Positions 51,560 through 58,297 of a stretch of 58,297 nt of DNA are shown piece by piece. The stretch is from Roseivirga sp. Lineage in GTDB: Bacteria; Bacteroidota; Bacteroidia; Cytophagales; Cyclobacteriaceae. The first letter of the stretch is position 1; every line of letters begins with the position of its first letter. Location of the stretch: NCBI GenBank assembly GCA_965659985.1, contig CBFHYE010000147.1, positions 1-58,297 of the forward strand. The letters run 5' to 3'. Both the position numbers and the translations under genes were made by a program. The notes below the pieces were generated by a model. The model saw only the letters and a program-made list of their open reading frames with translations. It searched no databases and was not told the origin of the DNA.

Positions 51560-52327
51560 TTATGCTACTACTTTTTCACCGATCTCTTTAGCCAAGTTGA
51601 GATATGCTATAGCACCTCTACTTTCTGCATCGTGTATTATTGCTGGTACACCAAAACTCGGAGACTCACTTAACCTAACGTTTCTTGGTATAATGGTATT
51701 GAACACCATGCTTTTAAAATGCATTTGAACTTCTTCAACCACTTGATTTGAAAGCCTTAATCTTACATCATACATGGTCAGTAAGATACCCTCGATCTCG
51801 AGGTCTGAATTCAAACGTTTTTGAATGATCGTGATGGTATTTAATAGTTTACCTAATCCTTCTAAAGCGAAGTACTCACATTGTACAGGTATGATCACTG
51901 AATTTGAGGCAGTTAAAGCATTGATCGTAATCAAACCAAGGGACGGTGCACAATCGATCAAGACGAAATCATAATCATCCTTCACAAGGTGAAGCACCTC
52001 TCGCATCTTTTCTTCACGTTTGTTCAGACTGACCATCTCTACTTCTGCACCAACTAAGTCGATATGAGAGGGGACTAAATGAAGAAACTCCATTTCTGTT
52101 TTGAGAATACATTCGTGAATGGTGTGTTTGCCCACCATACACTCATAGATACTCTCATTGATCTCTCGTGGGTTATGGCCAAGACCAGAGGTCGTGTTGG
52201 CTTGGGGGTCTGCATCAACTACTAGCGTTTTGTATTCTAAGGCAGCCAAACTTGCCGCCAAATTCATGGCCGTTGTCGTTTTACCAACCCCACCTTTTTG
52301 ATTTGCTATCGCAATTATTTTTCCCAT
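51560..52327 (-). CDS. parA: Chromosome partitioning ATPase ParA/Soj
   Basis: [17 protein letters not shown] and QCEYFALEG motifs. Confidence 0.96.
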   Translation of the reverse strand: MGKIIAIANQKGGVGKTTTAMNLAASLAALEYKTLVVDADPQANTTSGLGHNPREINESIYECMVGKHTIHECILKTEMEFLHLVPSHIDLVGAEVEMVSLNKREEKMREVLHLVKDDYDFVLIDCAPSLGLITINALTASNSVIIPVQCEYFALEGLGKLLNTITIIQKRLNSDLEIEGILLTMYDVRLRLSNQVVEEVQMHFKSMVFNTIIPRNVRLSESPSFGVPAIIHDAESRGAIAYLNLAKEIGEKVVA

Positions 52328-52488
52328 TAGTTAGCTTGAAAAAGAGTCTTCAATATTAGGTAAAGTATGTTTTACGTGCTCTAGCGACTCTTTCTTGGTA
52401 TTTTCTTGTTGGTCTACAATTCACTTTATTATTTAATCAAAATGAATGAACTACTTTTTGAAAGCGAGTTTAGCTATAGCAAGTGATA

Positions 52489-52496
52489 CAAAGATA
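52489..52496 (-). promoter_or_regulatory. Bacteroidota -7 box for the parAB operon
   Basis: Minus strand TATCTTTG, about 160 nt upstream of parA. Confidence 0.6.
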
Positions 52497-52514
52497 TAAG
52501 AATAGCCCGAAGAA

Positions 52515-52554
52515 TAATCAACACAGAATTCCACATTCTTGTGACTTATGCACA
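52515..52554 (+). promoter_or_regulatory. Cluster of DnaA-box-like 9-mers
   Basis: TAATCAACA (52515), AATTCCACA (52527) and TTATGCACA (52546; matches TTWTNCACA). Confidence 0.45.
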
Positions 52555-52600
52555 TGGGCTTGGGCTAAATATCTGAACGACTGATTATTGTCTGTTAGCA

Positions 52601-52627
52601 CAAAAAAAGGAGGTAAAAACCTCCTTC
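52601..52627 (-). terminator. Intrinsic terminator of pyrG-yidC
   Basis: AAGGAGGT/ACCTCCTT hairpin with a U-tract on the minus strand. Confidence 0.8.
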
Positions 52628-52630
52628 AAT

Positions 52631-54475
52631 TTATTTCTTTTTTTTCTGTCCTTGCTTTTGCTTCTGGGCTTCTTGACTGGCCTTCATGGCATCTTCAAGA
52701 CGCTGTTGGAACTTCGACTTTTTCTTGTTGACATTCTTCTTTTTGTTCTCCATCAAGGTGGCTCTGATCTTTTCATCGTCCACGAATTTACGGATCAAAG
52801 ATTGTTGACTGAAGGTCACAACGTTCGATACGAAGTAATAGAAACTCAAGCCTGATGAATAGCTATTCAAAATAAACATGAACATCACTGGCATTATATA
52901 CCCGATGTTCTTCATCGGCCCTTGAACAGTACTTACCTGATTGTTAGACCAAGTATATACTATTGTAGAAACGGTCATCAGCAAAGTAAAACCACTCACG
53001 TGAGAACCATAGAATGGAATGGTAAATGGTAGATTGATCAAAACATCATAAGTCGAAAGGTCAGTTGCCCAAAGAAAGCTCTCTTGTCTCAATTCTATAG
53101 AATTTGGGAAGAAGAAGAACATCGCAAAGAGGATAGGCATCTGCAGGACCATTGGCAAGCAACCTTGAATAGGGTTTGCACCAAACTGTCGATAAAGCGC
53201 CATTTGCTCTTGTTGCATCTTTTGTGCGTCATCTCCATACTTTTCTTTGAGCTCATCCAATTCAGGTTTTAACACCTTCATTTTGGCCATAGATAGGTAA
53301 GACTTTCTCGTCAATGGGAAGAGTGCCATTTTCACGAGCAACACAATGATCATAATGATCACACCGTAGTTAGCGATCTTGCCTTCCAAAAAGGCAAACA
53401 ATTCTACGAGTACGTATTTGTTGAACCAGCTCACAAGGGCATAACCCATGTATACATTCTCCTCATAGTCGAAGCCGACTTTTTTGAGCGTTTTGTATTG
53501 TTTAGGGCCATAGAAATAGGTGAAATTTGCTCCATTGTAAAGGTCCGCCAAAGGAACTGTTAATTCCATCAAACCTGATTTTACAATTGTGGTGTCACCT
53601 ACAGGAACGGCTGTACTCAAAGCAGAAGTTCTAAATCCATTCTCGGCAATAATTCCAGCATTAAAGAATTTTTGATTGAAACTGGCCCATTTTACAGCTT
53701 CACCAATGGTCTCAGATTGTGGGTCAGTAGAAGTAGCTGTCAGCTCTTCAAAGTCTTCCGCAAGGGTTAAATAGGTGAGTGTGGTCTTATTTCTGGCATC
53801 ATCAAGATTGCTCTCAAATCTGCTCATGTTTTTCGCCCACTTAATATTTGCAACATCTCCAAGAAGACTATTGGTCATCCCGTTGATCTTCGCATTGAAG
53901 CCTATTTGGTAAGAATCGCCAGTGAATGAGTATGTATAAACCACGCTACCACCATCGGCAGCTGTTGATTTAAGGTTGATCGTTAGCGTTTGTTCTCCAG
54001 AAACCGTTTGGTTTCGTTGCACACCTTCGAAATATAAATCGCTTGTGTTAATGTTTCCTTTAACCGATTGAAGCATCCAATCTTGCTGATTGTTATCCGC
54101 TGAAGTGAGTAGAAGGGGCCCTCCGTCATAAGACTTGTAGTTCTTAAGTTCAACTTGCTCGATCTTGCCACCCTTTGTGTTGAAAGTGTACTTGGCCAAA
54201 TCAGTTTCAATAGTGAACTGATTTTCCTCTCCCTGCATCATTGGAGCAAACACACCAAACTGACTGTCAAGGTCAATATCGCTGGGTTCCTGGGTATCTC
54301 GTATCGCAGATTCTTGCGGTTCTATTACAGGTGTTCCAATATTGGCTGTATTACTTTCGACAGCGGTTGAATCGTTTAGGGGAACCAACTCTTCCGTAGG
54401 CGCTTTATACAATATTGAATATACAATCAAAATGCCTGCGATCAGCACTAGGCCTATTGCTTGATTTTTATCCAT
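52631..54475 (-). CDS. yidC: Membrane protein insertase YidC
   Basis: N-terminal TM, periplasmic domain, YGPKQY, NYGVII, GCLPMVLQMP and FLWATDLS motifs. Confidence 0.96.
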   Translation of the reverse strand: MDKNQAIGLVLIAGILIVYSILYKAPTEELVPLNDSTAVESNTANIGTPVIEPQESAIRDTQEPSDIDLDSQFGVFAPMMQGEENQFTIETDLAKYTFNTKGGKIEQVELKNYKSYDGGPLLLTSADNNQQDWMLQSVKGNINTSDLYFEGVQRNQTVSGEQTLTINLKSTAADGGSVVYTYSFTGDSYQIGFNAKINGMTNSLLGDVANIKWAKNMSRFESNLDDARNKTTLTYLTLAEDFEELTATSTDPQSETIGEAVKWASFNQKFFNAGIIAENGFRTSALSTAVPVGDTTIVKSGLMELTVPLADLYNGANFTYFYGPKQYKTLKKVGFDYEENVYMGYALVSWFNKYVLVELFAFLEGKIANYGVIIMIIVLLVKMALFPLTRKSYLSMAKMKVLKPELDELKEKYGDDAQKMQQEQMALYRQFGANPIQGCLPMVLQMPILFAMFFFFPNSIELRQESFLWATDLSTYDVLINLPFTIPFYGSHVSGFTLLMTVSTIVYTWSNNQVSTVQGPMKNIGYIMPVMFMFILNSYSSGLSFYYFVSNVVTFSQQSLIRKFVDDEKIRATLMENKKKNVNKKKSKFQQRLEDAMKASQEAQKQKQGQKKKK

Positions 54476-54485
54476 CTTTTCTCAA

Positions 54486-56120
<1,635 letters not shown>

Positions 56121-56130
56121 TTATGGGATA

Positions 56131-56232
56131 CAAAGGTAAGATATTTTACATCATTCGTTGGTAGTCTAGTAGAAAGTTTAAGCACTACCTTCGGAAGGGC
56201 TTTGGTCAGCGTATGAATTACTGCTAAATTTG
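56131..56232. promoter_or_regulatory. Divergent -7 promoter boxes for pyrG and cca
   Basis: Minus strand TACCTTTG (56131-56138) and plus strand TAAATTTG (56225-56232). Confidence 0.6.
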
Positions 56233-56255
56233 CCTGCTGTTTAAGAAAACATTGC

Positions 56256-57680
56256 ATGAATCTATCTGATCGGATTACTGATCCCATATTTAAAATTGTT
56301 GCTGGAGCAGGGAAAAAACTTGGCTTTGAGACTTACGTGGTAGGCGGATACGTTAGGGACCTTTTGATCAAAAGAGACTCGAAAGACATAGATTTTGTTT
56401 GTGTTGGAAGTGGTGTTGCGCTTGCGGAAGAAGTTCATAAAGCATTGGGAGGCAAATTTCCACTGAACGTTTTTAAAAATTTCGGCACAGCAATGATCAA
56501 ACAAGGCGACCTTGAATTGGAATTCGTAGGTGCTAGAAAAGAATCCTATAATAGAGATTCGAGAAAACCCATCGTAGAAGATGGTAGCCTTGAAGACGAT
56601 CAGAACAGGAGAGATTTTACGATCAATGCTTTAGCCATCAGTTTAAATGATGATAGCTATGGCCAACTAGTAGATCCTTTTAATGGCGTTGAAGATCTTA
56701 AAAGCAAGTTGATTCGCACACCGCTCGAGCCAAAAGTGACATTTTCTGACGATCCCTTGCGCATGATGAGGGCTGTGCGTTTTGCCTCACAGTTAAATTT
56801 TGATATTGACGGTGATACCTTTTTGGCGATTCAAGACATGAAGGACCGTATCAAGATCGTGTCTAAAGAGCGTATTGTTGTTGAGCTCAACAAGATCATT
56901 CTCTCGAAGAAGCCATCATATGGTTTTAAGTTACTTTATCATTGCGGCTTGCTTCAAGAGTTTTTTCCTGAAATGGCTGCCCTACAAGGAGTAGATACCA
57001 AGGACGATAAATCGCATAAAGATAATTTCTATCACACCTTACAGGTACTTGATAATGTTGCTGAGCGATCTGATGACCTTTGGCTCAGGTGGGCCGCTAT
57101 AATGCATGATATTGCCAAACCTGCCACCAAGCGTTTCAATAAGAAAGTGGGCTGGACTTTTCATGGACATGAAGATAAAGGTGCTCGCATGACTCCAGCC
57201 ATCTTTAGAAGGCTCAAGCTACCGATGGGTAAGGAAATGAAATTCGTTCAAAAGCTTGTAAGGCTTCATTTAAGACCTATTCCTTTGGTTAGGGACGAGA
57301 TCACTGATTCTGCGATAAGAAGATTGCTTTTCGATGCAGGAAACGATGTAGAGAGTCTGATGTTGTTGTGTCGCGCTGATGTTACCTCAAAGAATAATAG
57401 TAAAGTGAAGCGCTTCTTAAAGAACTTCGATATTGTCGAAAGAAAGATGCGTGAAGTAGAGGAAAAAGATAAAATTCGTAACTTTCAGCCCGTTATTACA
57501 GGTGAAATGGTAATGACAACATTTGGCCTAAAACCTGATAGGGTAGTTGGAGAGATCAAAGAGGCGCTGAAAGAGGCGGTCCTGGAAGGGGAAATAAAAA
57601 ATGAATTTGAAGAGGCCTATTCCTTCATGTTGACATTAGGGAAAGAGAGAGGCTTGAAGATTGTAAAACCACTGAATTAA
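56256..57680 (+). CDS. cca: CCA tRNA nucleotidyltransferase / poly(A) polymerase family with HD domain
   Basis: VGGYVRD, DIDF, RRDFTINA, DDPLRMMRA and HDIAK motifs. Confidence 0.9.
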   Translation: MNLSDRITDPIFKIVAGAGKKLGFETYVVGGYVRDLLIKRDSKDIDFVCVGSGVALAEEVHKALGGKFPLNVFKNFGTAMIKQGDLELEFVGARKESYNRDSRKPIVEDGSLEDDQNRRDFTINALAISLNDDSYGQLVDPFNGVEDLKSKLIRTPLEPKVTFSDDPLRMMRAVRFASQLNFDIDGDTFLAIQDMKDRIKIVSKERIVVELNKIILSKKPSYGFKLLYHCGLLQEFFPEMAALQGVDTKDDKSHKDNFYHTLQVLDNVAERSDDLWLRWAAIMHDIAKPATKRFNKKVGWTFHGHEDKGARMTPAIFRRLKLPMGKEMKFVQKLVRLHLRPIPLVRDEITDSAIRRLLFDAGNDVESLMLLCRADVTSKNNSKVKRFLKNFDIVERKMREVEEKDKIRNFQPVITGEMVMTTFGLKPDRVVGEIKEALKEAVLEGEIKNEFEEAYSFMLTLGKERGLKIVKPLN

Positions 57681-57697
57681 TTATTAGAATCGATAAA

Positions 57698-58297
57698 ATG
57701 AAAAGGATCAAACTTTTTGGTGTTGTAGTTGCGCTTATGTTTTCAACGCAACTGAACAGTTTAGCTCAGGATAGCACTTACCTATCGAATGAGTATGCAA
57801 AAGCCCTAGCGACTTATCAGAGGGCTCAGCGTTATAATGACGCATTACTGTCAAAACAGGCGCTCGTAGAAATGAGTGTTTTAAGTCCTCGTGATACATC
57901 TGTGTTGAGAAGTTTGGCTGAGCTGTATTACAACAATAGACAATTCATTTCAAGTGCGATCGTAGCACAAGATATCAATGCGATCTATCCCACCAGTATT
58001 GTTGGTTTAGAGATTCAGGCGCTCAGTTTTGAAAACTTGAGATTGTATGATAAGGCAGTTGAAAATTATGAGAAGCTTTGGCTCCAAACAGAGGATAAAT
58101 ATGTGCTATTCCAGATCGCTTACCTGCAGTATTCCATTGATCGGTTTGAAGAATCGAAGAACAACTTGGCCATATTGATTTCCAAAACCACAGATGAGGA
58201 CATGGTCCAGTTAAACAAAAGTGATGGCAATGTACAGGACGTCAAAATGATGGCTGCTATTGAAAATGTTAAAGGACTGATCGCTGTAGCTCAAGGA
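57698..58297 (+). CDS. Exported TPR-repeat protein, 3'-truncated by the window edge
   Basis: Not in the ORF track. ATG at 57698 gives MKRIKLFGVVVALMFSTQLNSLAQ (signal peptide), then TPR-like helices (LAELYYN, YDKAVENYEKL). Open to the end of the window. Confidence 0.8.
   Translation, partial: MKRIKLFGVVVALMFSTQLNSLAQDSTYLSNEYAKALATYQRAQRYNDALLSKQALVEMSVLSPRDTSVLRSLAELYYNNRQFISSAIVAQDINAIYPTSIVGLEIQALSFENLRLYDKAVENYEKLWLQTEDKYVLFQIAYLQYSIDRFEESKNNLAILISKTTDEDMVQLNKSDGNVQDVKMMAAIENVKGLIAVAQG

Noticed and set aside
52368-52383. TGTTTTACGTGCTCTA as a parS site upstream of parA
   Set aside because: Only 11 of 16 positions match TGTTTCACGTGAAACA, and the right half is not palindromic. The CTCACGTGAG inside yidC also fails the consensus.

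Overview
A gene-dense, AT-rich chromosomal window from a member of Bacteroidota, most likely Cytophagales. This assignment is inferred from TAnnTTTG -7 promoter boxes, the general absence of Shine-Dalgarno motifs, and the parA-parB-DUF5683-dapB and ligA-DUF6913-dapA gene orders. It is mostly core housekeeping sequence: thyA, ligA, xseAB, dapA/dapB, serC, a serB-serA fusion, kdsC/kdsA, sucC, ung, parAB, yidC, pyrG and cca, plus transporters, an ECF sigma module and a pullulanase/MFS pair. I saw no mobile element, prophage, CRISPR array or defence system, and I cannot claim a clearly new multi-gene system. The best leads are features missing from the ORF track: (i) a ~207-nt rod-shaped RNA with its own promoter and terminator, resembling 6S RNA (26490-26696); (ii) a truncated wza next to tRNA-Arg that looks like the scar of a deleted polysaccharide locus; (iii) a DUF5723-like gene broken by two in-frame stops; (iv) a duplicated ECF promoter motif; (v) DnaA-box-like sites upstream of parA; (vi) a 57-aa histone H1/Hc1-like ORF; and (vii) a probable sulfonolipid cysteate acyltransferase near DUF1015 and serine-metabolism genes. 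All family assignments come from motif recognition by eye; no database searches were run.
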